Source of the DNA: Psammoneis japonica
Lineage: Eukaryota
DNA: 64,000 bases
Assembly: GCA_008632985.1 (NCBI GenBank)
Contig: QPGO01000019.1
Span: forward strand, 248,001 to 312,000
Reading direction: 5' to 3'
Shown here: piece after piece, positions 42,617 to 55,849 of the stretch
Position numbering within the stretch: position 1 is the first letter of the stretch
Layout of the letters: every line of letters begins with the position of its first letter
Translations under genes and position numbers: made by a program
Notes under the pieces: model-generated
Database searches by the model: none
What the model saw: only the letters and a program-made list of their open reading frames with translations
What the model was told of the DNA's origin: nothing

Positions 42617-44209
42617 ATGTCAACGGTCAAGGGAAACAACATCGAAGAAGAATCATCATCAAGTCACCCCGAATACAATTTGATGAACGACATGAAACAC
42701 AACGCTCCTATTTCATCGAATCATGACAATATCATTTCCATTGACGATGCTATTGGTTAGTTGTTATGGCCTCATAGTTCTCCAGTACATTTTTTGTCAA
42801 CTCCCATTTTGTGACTGATCATCCTTTCTCATTCAGAATTACTTGGCTATGGCCCGTTTCAGTGTCGGATTCTCTGGGCAGCGGGGTTGTGTTTTGCAGC
42901 GGATTCCATGGAGGTGTTGCTACTCTCGTTTCTTTCCGTGATTTTGCAAAAGGAATGGGATTTATCGGAATCGCAATCATCGTTGATTACAAGTAGCATG
43001 TTTGTGGGTGCCTTTTGTGGTACACTCACACTGGGGATGTTGGGCGATTTAATTGGACGAAGGCCTGTCTTTACAATGACGGCGCTTATTATATGCATTT
43101 TTGGTTTCTTAACAGCCGTCTGCGACACATTTATGGAAGTGGTGTTGTGTCGATTTGCCGTTGGCTTTGGTGTTGGCGGGCTGACGGTTCCGTTTGACAC
43201 TCTTGCTGAATTTGTCCCGTCGTCTCGACGAGGAACCAACTTGTTGGTGATTGAATACTTTTGGACGGCAGGAACTCTTTTGGTTCCTGTAGCTGCGTAC
43301 GTGACGTTGGGTGACGAGAATGCACCAAACGAGTGGAGGTGGTTTGTCGTGCTTTGTGCCGTCCCTTGTTTGTTCTCCACAGTGCTTGGCCTGCTCTTTG
43401 TACCAGAGTCACCACGGTGGTTGCTTTCGAAAAACAAGCCTGATGAAGCTCTCGAGATTCTTCGAGAAGCAGCAACGCGAAACGGCAAGGATCATCTCGT
43501 GCTTTTTCCGACGGGGATTACGATAATTGACGAAGAAGAGGAAGGAGATTCCAATTGCTGCGACTTGTTGTCCAGCCAATGGAGACGCATTACGCTTTTG
43601 CTTTGGGTTGCTTGGGCTGGGTTTGCGTTCTTGTACTACGGGACCATTATCGCAGTGACTCTAGTATTCGTAGAAGAAGACCTTGGGGAGCAGCAGCAAG
43701 GATTCTCGTTTGACTATAGTGCGATTCTTACAAGTGCATCCTCGGAACTCGCTGGAACAACCTTGGTGATTGTATTGATAGAACGCATTGGACGCATCCC
43801 CTCGCAAACCCTCTCCTTTATTGGTGGCGGATTTTCCGGTCTCGTCCTGTGCCTCTTGGCTACTCAAGAGGATGCGATACGATGGCAATTGATTGTATCC
43901 GCCTTTTTGGCGCGCATGTTTTTCATGGCGGCAAGCTGCACCACATGGATATCAACCGCTGAAATCCTAACCACCGAGATTCGATCGACCGGACATAGTG
44001 CCGCAAATGCGGTGGCTCGTGTGAGCGGTGCTATCAGTCCCTTTGTCGTTTCGAATACGACGCCGTTTGCCGTGATTGGTGCGATGATTCTTGGCGTGAG
44101 TATTTGCACCGGCGCCTGTACATGGCAGCTTCCGGAAACCATGGGGAGAGTCATGGGTGCAAAGGATCTCCATCACGGCGACAAGAACGTTGGAGCCGGG
44201 ACGGAATGA
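42617..44209 (+). CDS. MFS transporter, SV2/SVOP-like; intron 42756-42836
   Basis: IDDAIE|LLGYGPFQ, FAADSME, LGDLIGRR (motif A), AEFVP..RG, PESPRWL, IERIGR, RSTG, LPET; about 12 hydrophobic segments. Confidence 0.93.
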
Positions 44210-44349
44210 CGGCACATCGTTTAACAGCAGCGTTATTTTTCCTTCTACAGCAATTGTACTCAGTCCCCGCCCTAAGACTCACTCATCGTCTGCGGTTCAG
44301 CCCTCACTCGCTCCGCCGTGGGTCGTCCTTGCTGTGGTGAAAAGAAAAG

Positions 44350-45873
44350 CTACACAGCCAACACTATCTCGAAAAAAGTGCTGACGACAAGGAGTGCAAT
44401 GGCCCAAGCTCCCCATTTAGTTAGGGAAGAAGAGGATGTGTTAACACAAGAACATTCTCCCATCTCTACGACTTGTTCGGTGGCCATCATTCCCTGGTCC
44501 TCGTGCTCCAAATGATGACAATGCACCATGACTTTGGAGACAAAGGACATTGGTTGATATCGAATGACAGCATTTTTCATGATGGTATCATGCCAGTCCC
44601 CAATCTTGTCGTATTCTGTCTCTGAAATATCGATCAACTGGAAGGGGTACACGTGCTGATGGTATGGATGTTTGCCGTCTCTAATCTTGATGCGGCGCTC
44701 CACAACCGCGCCAAGATGAGATTGATGAAAGACGAGCGACTCGTCGTATTTGATTCCATTCACGGCCTTGTCTTCGAATTGTGTGGAACAGGAACACCCA
44801 TTATCTGGTGGAGTTGAGACTAAACTTGTAAGGTATGGGGGATAATCAACACGCCAGGGCTGTATTGTATCGCTCTCTACTCTCACGGACGACGTTGCCA
44901 AGGTCCCAATCACTGTATCCCCATTTTTCATTTCAAATTCAGTAGAGGTGTCCATGCATCGGACCAAGAGATCCGCTCGACCAGCAGCTCCAACTTGAGC
45001 TTTACGAATAACACGCGGTACGTCTGGAACGTATATTCCGTCCTTGGCCAAGAGCAGCATCTCGCATCCTTGTATGGCAAGATCCAGTGTATCACGCTTC
45101 CAGGCTGCATAAATGATTCGCAATCTCACCCATTCACCAGAATCCAATGTAAGGACGGGCTTTACCTGTCCATTAATGGTCAAATAGTTACCGTTATTGT
45201 TGTTGGAAACCGAAAACAAGCCATCGCCCGTTTTCTCTGCAATTTTTTGAATCTCGTTCCAGTCCATTTGTTGCATGACCATGATGACATTTCTAGCATT
45301 ACCAACTACGTCAGGGACAGTCCCCGGTTCATCTGCCACCACAACAGCCAGAGCCGCTCCACCAGCCACATGCAAGGCGGAACTTCCGTGTCGGTGCGGG
45401 TGCAACCAGTGTGTTCCCGCCATGTGCTCGGGTGGGACTTGAAATTGGTATTGAAACGATTCACCCGGTTTTACTACGAGACTTGTATCGTCCGATGGAA
45501 GTTCTCCCGATATGAACAGACCATGAAAATGAAGATTGGTTTCATCGGGAGCCGACAATTGATTGAGTGTAAAGCCAATAATACCCTGATCATCGTCTTC
45601 TAGTGCATTTGTAAAGTTTACCGACACGACATCTCCGGCTCTTATAATCAAGGTGGGTCCAGGAATTGTCCCATTCAATGTGCGTGTTGTCATTGTATAG
45701 TCGGGTGTTTCAATCGTTGTCTTTATCATTTGTAGGGAAATGTTGAGAAAGCCCGAAACAGACGATTCCACCACGGTTGGTTGCATCATCAATTCTTCTT
45801 CTCGAGACGACGAAACGGACGACGACAACCATAAAACAACACAAAGCGACGCTCTCCGGACGTATGATTTCAT
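44350..45873 (-). CDS. Multicopper oxidase, secreted, with C-terminal hydrophobic (TM/GPI-like) tail
   Basis: Four Cu-binding motifs: NLHFHG, WLHPHRH, HPYHQH, HCHHLEHEDQGMM; intronless. Confidence 0.93.
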   Translation of the reverse strand: MKSYVRRASLCVVLWLSSSVSSSREEELMMQPTVVESSVSGFLNISLQMIKTTIETPDYTMTTRTLNGTIPGPTLIIRAGDVVSVNFTNALEDDDQGIIGFTLNQLSAPDETNLHFHGLFISGELPSDDTSLVVKPGESFQYQFQVPPEHMAGTHWLHPHRHGSSALHVAGGAALAVVVADEPGTVPDVVGNARNVIMVMQQMDWNEIQKIAEKTGDGLFSVSNNNNGNYLTINGQVKPVLTLDSGEWVRLRIIYAAWKRDTLDLAIQGCEMLLLAKDGIYVPDVPRVIRKAQVGAAGRADLLVRCMDTSTEFEMKNGDTVIGTLATSSVRVESDTIQPWRVDYPPYLTSLVSTPPDNGCSCSTQFEDKAVNGIKYDESLVFHQSHLGAVVERRIKIRDGKHPYHQHVYPFQLIDISETEYDKIGDWHDTIMKNAVIRYQPMSFVSKVMVHCHHLEHEDQGMMATEQVVEMGECSCVNTSSSSLTKWGAWAIALLVVSTFFEIVLAV

Positions 45874-46264
45874 GCTTATGAAATGGAATTGTCAGAAAGA
45901 TAAAAAGTGACGTTGTTATTGATTGCGGCGGCAGCAGAATTGGCCATGGTGAAATGCCGACAAAAAAATCGCGATCTTCCGGAGATTCGACTAACACGAC
46001 TCGCCTGAACCCAAACCATATCGCTCTTGATCTAAAGTAGACTACTAACATTATTTTCTTAGCTTGTTGGACTTCTTTTTCTCTACGAAGAGTTTACTAT
46101 ACCTAAATCCAGAAAACTCTATTGTTGATCGTATTTTACTACCAGAGTAGCTCTGTTTTGGTCAAGCAATGATCTTACCACATATAACAATAAACTTAGC
46201 TCCTATTGTGCTTTATAATACTGCACAATGGCGGCAGAGCCTTTCTACAACATGCACTCTTTTT

Positions 46265-47617
46265 CTAATACAATTCCCAATATCCCGTGGTGGTAAAGTG
46301 TGCCTGCCAGCAATTTTGAATGAAAATGAATTCGCCAGGACGCGGATGCTACAAAAGACACGGTAGAGAAAGAAGAACAGTTCAGATGACTCCAGCACAA
46401 TGATTAGCAGCTCTGTCATGGTGGCGACGGTACACTTACATGATGCTGCGTAATGCAACCCGCTCTTCGGACAGGCCGAATATCAAAACGACGACTCAAC
46501 CAGTTTCCCTTCCAGCGCTGGTCTCGATCATCTTCATCGCATCTCTCAAAGGTTACATTTTGATTGCCCGTCCGGGTGAGGCAAATGGAACTGCCTCGTA
46601 CCCGAATCATGTCACCGCTGCCCCTCAAGTATACGAACTCGTACCGGGTGGAACTACTCCTGCAATTTTGAACGACGGGAACCGAGCCAGAACCGCCCTC
46701 TGCCACCATGCACCATCGTGACTCGGAACTCTCTTCTTGCCACAAGTATCCTTCTTCCCAGTACTCTGCGGAAGAAGAAGAAAAAAGAAAATCAAAAGTA
46801 AGTGTTCATTGTCACCAATGACCATCATTATGACAGTGGATCCAATCCCAACCCAACAAACTTCAATGGAAACGAGGGACCTACCTTTCAATCGAAATGA
46901 ACCACCGGGCAACTGCGGTATTTCCGGGCCGTCGGCTGGATCCCAGCAATAGTTCTCCGATTCTTCGCCTTCGCCGTCACAACCCTGTACAGCTTCCCAT
47001 GCCGATCTTCGTTGGCATCTGAGATTTCCAAAACAGTCGGTATGATCATCGCACGGCCCTTCACATTTGCGAAAGGGTCGCTCGTCTTGATCCAACAATA
47101 TCAGATCCGAACGACTGGGCGCTTGGGACGGAGACATGGTTGGAGCGGGACTAGTAGTGGGACTTTGTGAAGGAGTCCGAGTGGGCGGAGCTGTCGTGGG
47201 CGACAGGGTTGGGAAATTGGTGGGCGCGGGTGACATGGTGGGTGCTGAACCCGTGGGCGCCGCCGTCGGGGTTCCCGTGGGAGACCGAGTGTTGGGATCA
47301 TAACAATAATCTTCTCCCTCATCGGGATCGCCATCGCACCCAATTACAGGCTCATCAGCGCGACGCTGCTCACAGAGTAGGCCATCCCGGCAATCATCAT
47401 CGTCGTCACAATCACCTTGGCACGGACCAAGGCCTTCCTCGGGCCATTCCTTCACACCCTCTCCTTCTCCATTATCACCAATGTGTTCAAAAACTGGTTT
47501 CGTGGGTTGTAGAACCCTTTTCCTCTCAACTTCATCTCCAGTATCCTTTTGTTTCGCATCGACAAGAACGTCACAAAGCAAAACAAAAACTAAAGGCAAA
47601 ACACAGAGAAACCTCAT
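46265..47617 (-). CDS. Frustulin-like protein C (2 ACR domains + Trp-rich domain); introns ~46767-46884 and 46349-46438
   Basis: CQGDCDDDDDC (canonical C-E/Q-G-D-C-D), PT/PS linker, CEGPCDDHTDC, YWEEGYLWQE. Confidence 0.88.
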
Positions 47618-48413
47618 GGTTACACCGTGTTGTGTGTACGGGGACAAAAACACACGATTGACAATTGGATTCCTCGTCGATCTCCAGGTCAATGTCAACA
47701 CAAGCTAATTGTATTCAATATAGGTTGGAGTGACAGAAAGATAAAAATCAATGGAAACGACAACAATTTGTTAGACTGTTCGAGTCAGAAATCAATGGAT
47801 ACCGCACACGCACAGCCACAACAAACGCGGAAAAGTAACATTATGTAGGAAACGACAACCAACGAAGCGACTTTCCCACTTTATTCGAGCCAATCCAAGG
47901 ACTTAGTACCGCGTGCTTTGGTCAGTACAAGAGAGAAGTACTTGCTTACCTTTTGTAGACCTAACACACTTGCTCTACAGTCTACAGTGATGACGATCAA
48001 GTGGATACCCAGTGGAGGATCGCGAAGAAGGTTGTGAACGGTTGAACGGGATGATGCGTTGTTGCATTTTTTGGAATTTTGGATCGCGCCGTCGCCGTTG
48101 AGACAATTCTGACGTCTACAATCCTGAATACATTCAATTTATTTGAAAAATCTGAAGATTCATTCAACACTACAATCATGGATAAGGTTAATACCCACTG
48201 TAGCCTATTGTGTACATCCATATTGTGCATCAGAATGTCTTCCATTTCTTCGCTACTGTACACAGAAATATTGTGAGCGTACACCATTCTCCTCCTGACC
48301 GACATACTGTAGCTACGTAGAGTAGCTAGCTAGAGAGGTCTAGTAGTAGCTAGAGTAGAGCTAGAGTTTCTATTTGCACTAACTTAGTCCCTCTCTCTAG
48401 AGCTCTAGAGCTC

Positions 48414-48414
48414 T

Positions 48415-48450
<36 letters not shown>
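48414..48450. repeat. (AG)n microsatellite preceded by a CTAG/TAG-rich low-complexity tract
   Basis: Directly visible. Confidence 0.9.
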
Positions 48451-48726
48451 TTTTGTTAACCGCACACACAAGCCAGAGATAAAGATTCGAATAAATAGTT
48501 GAATTTCACAGACTTTAAAATGCAGGGTACACAATAATTCTAAACCAAAGACGCAACGTCGCCTCATCCTTGACAGCAACACACCCACCAAAACTTTGGA
48601 ACACATCTCAGTGTTAAGTCTCCAATATACACATCTTCTTCACCAATTCCATTCAATTTCACATCATCGCAAACCAAGACGTGACGTCCCCTCATCCCCA
48701 AGGCAGCAGAAGCTGTTCCCAAAAGA

Positions 48727-50239
48727 TCAATACGGGTTCCAATAGCCGGTGTAGGTCATGTGAGAAAGCTTGCAATTAAATGAAGTAACAATTTCCCCGG
48801 TTCTTGGATGATGGTGTTGCGTCACGCAGTTCCCCGGCTTCTTCGCCGGGCGAATATCAAATCGTCTTGATGTCCAGTTCGCTAAGAACCGTTGGTTTTC
48901 TGTTAGGAAAGTCGGAGAGAGGATGAAGAACAGTTCAGAGGCGCGTTTGAGTAAAAAAAAGCAAATCACAACTCAACTAGAAAAGACAAAATGTCATGTA
49001 CATACCATTGTTTTTGTCGCATGATTTAAAATAAACAGCGTTGGACCGAGTGCGTTCGAGGCACCTGTCTCTACCACGGACTTTGATCATGTCTCCCGGC
49101 CCAGGTACGTACACAATCTCAAATTTGGTGCCCGATCCGCAGCTGCGAATCTGTGGTGGTGAAGAGTCTTTCAAACACCACTTTGCTTCGCTCTTGGTCT
49201 CCTGCCAAAAGTATCCTCGTTCCCAATATAGCCTTAAACAGAGAAAAACAAAGCCAGCATGAGATCAACCCTTGAAACATAGTAGATACGAGCTATGCCT
49301 TTTGACCTACTTCAAACGAAATCCAGGAGCGAGCAATTCAGGAGGAGCCGGGCCATCACGCGGATCGTAGCAATAATTTGCACCAGCTTTTCCATTGCCC
49401 TCGCATCCTGGAACATACTCGAATCCACTACGTCTTTGGCATAACAGCCCACCTCTGCAGTCCTCGCGTTTCCTGCAGTGTCCTTCACACTTATTGAACG
49501 GCTTCTTCCGATCGTCAAGGATAACCAAGTCGACACGCGTTGGAGACATGGTCGGAGACCTTGTCGGAAACTCGGTTGGAGATGCCGAAGGCGATAAAGT
49601 TGGCGCTGGAGAGATAGTAGGCTCTCTAGCGGTAGGAGATAATGTGGGTGGCGGCGTTGGCGCTGGAGTGTTGGGATCATAACAGTAGTCACGGCCTTTC
49701 TCCGGGACTCCACTGCAGCCAATTACATGCTCGTTGCCGTCACGTTGCTTGCATTTCAAGCCATCTCGGCAATCCCTATTTCTATCACAGTCACCTTGGC
49801 ACGGTCCAAGGCCTTCACGAGGCCACACTTTGCCATTGACAGGGCTTTTGTTGTTTCCTACGTATTCGTAAAAGACCGGATTGTTGGCACGTGTCACGGG
49901 AAACGGGTTGTTGCTGTTACGATTAAACGCATCGACACCATCCGTTTGAACTTCTTCTCCATCAGCATACGCCTTTCTTTTCTGAAGCACCGATGGCCTT
50001 CCCCGTAAACCTTGTTCTGTGGTTGTTTTTTCCTGATTCCTATGGATGGCACCATCCAATTCCGATGGCGGGGTAACAGATTTGACGTCGGGAAAAGTAT
50101 TTCGTTTTTCTTTTGTCAACCGTGATCTATCATTCTTTGGTTTCCTTGTCTTCTGTAATGACGTCTCGTCGGCATTGCAATAATGAATACCCAAAGCAAC
50201 TAAGATCACAGTTAATACAGCTAAAACAGGAAGCTTCAT
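48727..50239 (-). CDS. Frustulin-like protein D; introns ~49233-49310 and 48900-49005
   Basis: CQGDCDRNRDC, CEGHCRKREDC (basic variant), LKLYWERGYFWQE, CVTQHHHPR. Confidence 0.88.
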
Positions 50240-50901
50240 TTTTGATCTATCTTCTCAGAAGAAAACAGGGTTGGAATCGTTTGACAAACCACTTGACTGT
50301 TTAGCGAGAATATTGAATCTGGTAGTAAGAACCAAAAAAAAGAAAACGAGGTGAGTGACTCACGAACACAACCAGGACGAAACATGATTGTCACAGCCAT
50401 ACGAATCCATCAACTCTTCCACAGTAAGCTTAAAATAGTCTTTAACACGGATATAGCCGATTGTCAGCACCATGGACTTTGTCAATTCCTCACTTTGTTC
50501 GCTTACCTTCTCGGTTGTGTTGCTTCATGGGCTGACTGCTTCTGATGAATTCGGATTTTGAATTTATTTTGCTGTGAAAGTCAAAAATTTCAGCAAGCTT
50601 CAGGTTTATATACCCTTGATATGATACATATCATTGCAATTGGAGAAATTTCATTAAAAGCTGTATACACAAAAAACACTCTTTATTCAATGTCTGCTCT
50701 TTAAAAGCGATATCAACTGTTCCAACGTAAAAATTTGTAAATACTCATGAAATCACGTAGATCAAATTTCTTCACAAGACTCAGCTTTATGCATGATAGC
50801 GGCATTTCAAGATACGAATTCAACGGACAATCTCGGGATCCTCCGATCGTGCGATGCCGCAGCGCAAAGCGAGCAGGCGGGCGGATAGGATACTATGAGT
50901 A

Positions 50902-51481
50902 CCAGTAAAAAACCGAATTGAGTCCTTATTTTTGCCAAATGTTGAATCGCCAATAGTTGCCTCATATTGGCCTAAAACTGACCATTTCTTTTCATTTCCT
51001 AGCTTTTCATCATCTCTAAATAACTTCTTTGATGATAGTTGGTTGTGGAAAGGGCTTGGGATTAGCTTAATCTTGCTTCAAAAGTTGCACCTTTTTCGCG
51101 TAATGACTCAATTCGGTACCCCTGTAAATTTCTACGTGTCAAGTACCAGAAGAAATTCAACAAATCTCCGAAACGATCAACACACGGAGGAGTGATGATA
51201 TATGATGTTCGTGTCTTCATAAAAAAATTACATGAGAATTGTTGAATCTCGTTTTCGCTTCAAAAAATACAAACGACCATGTTCGACGGCAACGGGAAGC
51301 CGGAGAAAACTGAAACACCCAAATCCAAACACATGGTCAGAAGCAGCAGCGATTGAAGATTGTCATAGCAACAAAAACTGTTTGATTACTTGTTTTTTCC
51401 ATCATTTTATTGATCGATTCAACATATGGGTCGGATAAGGACTCAGTTCAGTCATAAGGACTCAATTCGGTTTTTTACTGG
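50902..51481. mobile_element. MITE, Tc1/mariner(pogo)-like, TA target duplication
   Basis: Perfect 30-nt inverted repeat including flanking TA: TACCAGTAAAAAACCGAATTGAGTCCTTAT (50900-50929) and its complement (51454-51483); AT-rich non-coding interior; subterminal partial copy at 51435-51451. Confidence 0.88.
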
Positions 51482-51791
51482 TATGGTAGAGATATAGATA
51501 GAAAAGGTGCCACGCTACGTACGTACGTCGACGGTTTGCTTTGGCTCGGTTATTGATGCCGATAGTGCAATGTTTGCGTAGTTTCAAGTTTCAAGTACTC
51601 TATTCTCTAGACCTACAGTAGTCAAGCTCCCTAGTAGTTGAGCAAAGAACAACTGCAAGTAGGGGTCCGCTGGAGTCTATTTTAATTAACCTACTATACA
51701 AACTTCCCTGCCTATTAAATTTTTACAGGAGTTAAATAAACACAGAAGACTACCTGTACAAGTCTCCAGATTTCACCAAACACGAGTGCCT

Positions 51792-53094
51792 TCAATACCT
51801 TTCCCAATAGCCTGTGCTTGTGAAGTGAGCAAGGTTACACTCGAACGATGTAACAACTTCCCCTGCTTTCGGGTGATGATGTTGAGTGATGCAGTGCGTC
51901 GGTTTGTTGGCCGGCCGGATATCGAATCGTCTGGATGACCAGTTTGCCAAAAAGCGCTGGTTGATGTTGGTAGGTTCGCAATCTCGAAACGACACAGCGT
52001 TCGCTCTCGTACGTTCCAGGCACCTGTCTCTGTCACGAACCTTGATCATGTCTCCGGGCCCTTTCATATAAACAATCTCAAACTTCGTTCCTGATCCACA
52101 ACCGAAAACCATTGGCGGCGAAGTGTCTTTCATGCACCACTTTGTTTCCCTATTGGTCTCCTGCCAAAAGTATCCACGCTCCCAATAGAGGCTGACAAAC
52201 AAGGGAAAGGAAACAGACAAAATGAGACTGTTTTCTTTTTGCCTGCTGAAATCGAACAAGGATTGAAACGTACCGTATACGAAAGCCAGGCGAAGGTAGC
52301 GCCGGAGGAGCGACACCGTCAAGGCCAGAGTAACAATAATTCACGCCAGGGCTTCCTGCCCCTTCACATCCAGGAACAAACTCATAACCGCCGCGCCTTT
52401 GACAGCGAAGACGCCCGCGGCAATCGTCGTGATCCCTGCAATTTCCTTCACACTTGTTGAAAGGTTTCATCGAGTCGTCAAGTTCCACAAGGTCGACACG
52501 AGTTGGAGACGCAGAGGGTGAACCTGTCGGAAAGTCGGTCGGAGAAGCCGAAGGCGCCAATGTTGGTGCTGGAGAGCTAGTTGGCTCCGAAATAGTCGGA
52601 GCAGCCGATGGAGTTGCTGTCGGTGCCGGGGTGTTGGGATCATAACAATAATCTTCTCCTTCAAGGGCGACTCCATCGCAACCCATCACGGGCTCGTCGC
52701 CGCTACGACGCTCACAGAGCAAGTCACCAAAGCAGTCATCGTCATCGTCGCAGTCACCTTGGCATTCTTGTAGCCCATCGTCAGGCCATTCTTTGCCATC
52801 CACAGCTCTTCCATTGTTACCAATGTATTCGAACACTGGGTTTGTTTGCTTCAAAACCGCATTGTCCAGATTCTTGACCGCGGCACCCTCGCTGGCTTCA
52901 TCTACGTCTTGTACGGGAGTGTCCTGCACGCGAACGCCAGTGGCGACATGTTCGTTCAACTGAAGCGACCTCACGTCTTGAGGATTTTCTTTTTCGGCTC
53001 GTCGCACTTGCGCAGTGCCACTGCAGCAACAAAGAGCGGCGAGGACCAACGTCAAGACGACAGCAAACCGAGAGTTCGTCGCGACTCTCCTCAT
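51792..53094 (-). CDS. Frustulin-like protein E; one intron ~52192-52273
   Basis: CQGDCDDDDDC, CEGNCRDHDDC, LYWERGYFWQE, CITQHHHPK; closest to D. Confidence 0.88.
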
Positions 53095-55469
53095 TTTACC
53101 TATCAGGAAGGAAGTGACCAGAGGAAAAAAGAAATAAACTGAGATTTTGAAAGTGACGTCGAAACTTCTCCAGCATGCGCAAGAGGTACGTTTCTAGTCG
53201 CGATTCGAGTGTGTTCAATCATCACTTACCTTCTCCTTTCCAAAGTTCTTCGCTTATGCTTGAGAGCAATCAGATGTTGATCCTTTACCTACAAGCTGTT
53301 GATCGGCTTTCTACTCACCTCAGAAGTGCGGAGTCAGAACTGCATCGGTCGTGTATCCGCCAAAAACTTTGTGCGAAAAGAGTGGTCCGTGCCGAAGAAG
53401 AAACGCATTTTTTTGGTGGCTGATTTCCACATTTTGAAATTTTCAATCTTGCAAATTTGTCGATAAAGTCCCGCCTAAATATTCCGTTTTACTGATCCTC
53501 ATAGCATATATATTTGGCCAAATTTTACGACACAATCATAACATTTAGATCCGAATATTACGAAAAGTTGCTCACATACGACATCGTACTGTACTGTATG
53601 TACGACAGTACTGCAGTCATTTCATCGTCATTTACTCTCTTCATAAATGTGATTATAAAAAACAAACTTTTACATGGTTATCTTTCGTAATGAGCCAAAA
53701 AAGTAATATTCACATCTATTTTCGTATAAACTTTAACGGAACAGAGTAACGGAAACGTTGGATACTGCCTGCGCGCTGGTTTGTTGCACAACTTGAAACT
53801 AGCTACTCTAGTAGTAGAGGAGTCTACGTGTACCGGTACATAAAGCCCTACTGTACCACACTCGACTCTCGGCCGGGCCGATCGACTTCACTCACCTCCC
53901 GTACAATTCTACTGTACGATCCACGTAGTCGTATGCACCGGCACGTGCAGGGCCCCACTGCTGGCGGAGCGAGGCGAGGTCTCTCAGCAATGTGCCGTCC
54001 AATCTGCAAATCCAATCTCTCGAAGTGTGGGATGCCCACAACTTGGCACGTGTGTGTCTGCAACAGGGACACAATCATCCTGTCAGAAAGGGGGTGTCTC
54101 ATGTGAGGTGCAAGTTGAGTGTTTGCTTTGTGCACAAACAACCCCCCCCCCCCCCGTCGCCCAGTCTGAAAGGGAATGTCTCATGTGCCGGGCAGCAAAT
54201 CGTGGGTTGAGTCGCACTTGCTTCATGGCACACTTTGGGACAAGAGCTGCTGACTGGCAAGCTTTTGCAGTGGTTGTTTTGGCATGGCAGTCTTGGCCCA
54301 TCTCCCAAAATCTCGGGTGATTTCCCACCCCTCCCCCACTGAGACGCAATGATGCATTGTGCACACCAAAATGCGCTGTGTTGGCAATTTGCATTTGTGC
54401 CAGAACATTGGGTGAAACACCTGCTGTGCATGCTGCCTGCCACCACATGCTGCTTGTTGGAGCACTTGTTGTTGCGTGCCTGTTTCTTCATCAGAGGCCG
54501 CAGTTGGTGGCGCCCACTTTCCTTCGTAAATTTTTTAATGTGCGCTGTCAAAATTGTTGACAAGCAAAATTTGAAATCTTCCGGCAACAGCGCTCAACAA
54601 ATTGCAGTTGTTTTTTGTGTTTCATCTGATGTCTCGCTGGCTTTTCTTGCACAAGCTTCAATCAAAAATGCACACAATGTTCAGTTCAATTGGAGTTGAC
54701 ATCTGTGTTTTGTGATGCATGGTTTGGTTTCCTTTTGATGGTCGTCAATTTGAACTTGGTTTCTGCTTTGGCCCTCCTCAACTCACATGTGTGTGTGTTT
54801 GCACGTGTGCAGTCTACTTCCTGCATGTGCGTGACCCACCCTCCATTTTAAATTTCTCTCAGTGCTTCCAAGATTTTCACAGCCGCTTGGTCTGCAGCAT
54901 TTTCAGCATTTTTTTCACATGCACAATTTTCCACACACTTTGTGACAGTGCATCCTCTCCCCAAAAGTCAAAAAGCAAGATCATGCACTGTTGTGATTCA
55001 TGTGGATTCTGCGTGTGGTTGCAAATCTGCAAATCGACAACCGGCCATGGCGGTGAAAGACTTCACCCCGTTGGCCGATGACAGCAGCTCAATGCATGGT
55101 GAAACCTGGGCACAGCTTGAGTTTCATGATTGTGGGTGTGCTGTCACAAATCTGCCGCATCCTGAATGCTGAGCTGCTGGTGTGTTGTTGTGTGCACACA
55201 TGTCATGAAAAGTTCTTTGCCACATGTGACACTCTTCAAAAAAGGCATGCACAAAAAGAGCTTCGTTGGTTTTTGATGCACTCACTTGCGTTGCATCCGT
55301 CTTCTCCAACATTTGTCCAGATCCAGAAAGACTGCAGAGGCAGATGAGAGTGCTGGGGAGGCAACCCATTGGAGGTTGCCTGAGCTGTCAAGAGCTCATT
55401 TTCAAAGGCTTCCCAAGTCTCTCCACTGTTTCTGGTCCATGCTCTAAACATGTCATCAATGAACCATCC

Positions 55470-55837
55470 TGTTGAACCGACGAGTCAATGGCGGCAAACG
55501 GGAATCTTATAAAGAATCCTCCGCTCTCGTCACACTCGTCCTGGTTGCTTGTGCGGCTGTGGTTTGCCCAGAAGATTGCTCAACACAAACTTCGTTTGCT
55601 TGTCAGATGTTTGTTTTAACAGATGCTTCCCAGTGCCGATCGACACAGATGACAAACCAGATGGTTCACTCTAAAGAGTGAGAATGTCGTTGCGTGAATG
55701 ACAGATTGATGACAAAGAAGACACAGTCATCAGAATGCACACGTCATCGGATTGTGCACGTGTGGAGCCTCACATGTCTTTCACTTCAATTCATGTGTGT
55801 TCGGGTCACTTTCACCCCGCACTCAAATGCTCCAACA
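55470..55837 (-). repeat. 3' LTR (368 bp)
   Basis: Aligns end to end with 62518-62886. Confidence 0.96.
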
Positions 55838-55849
55838 CACTCCTGCCGC

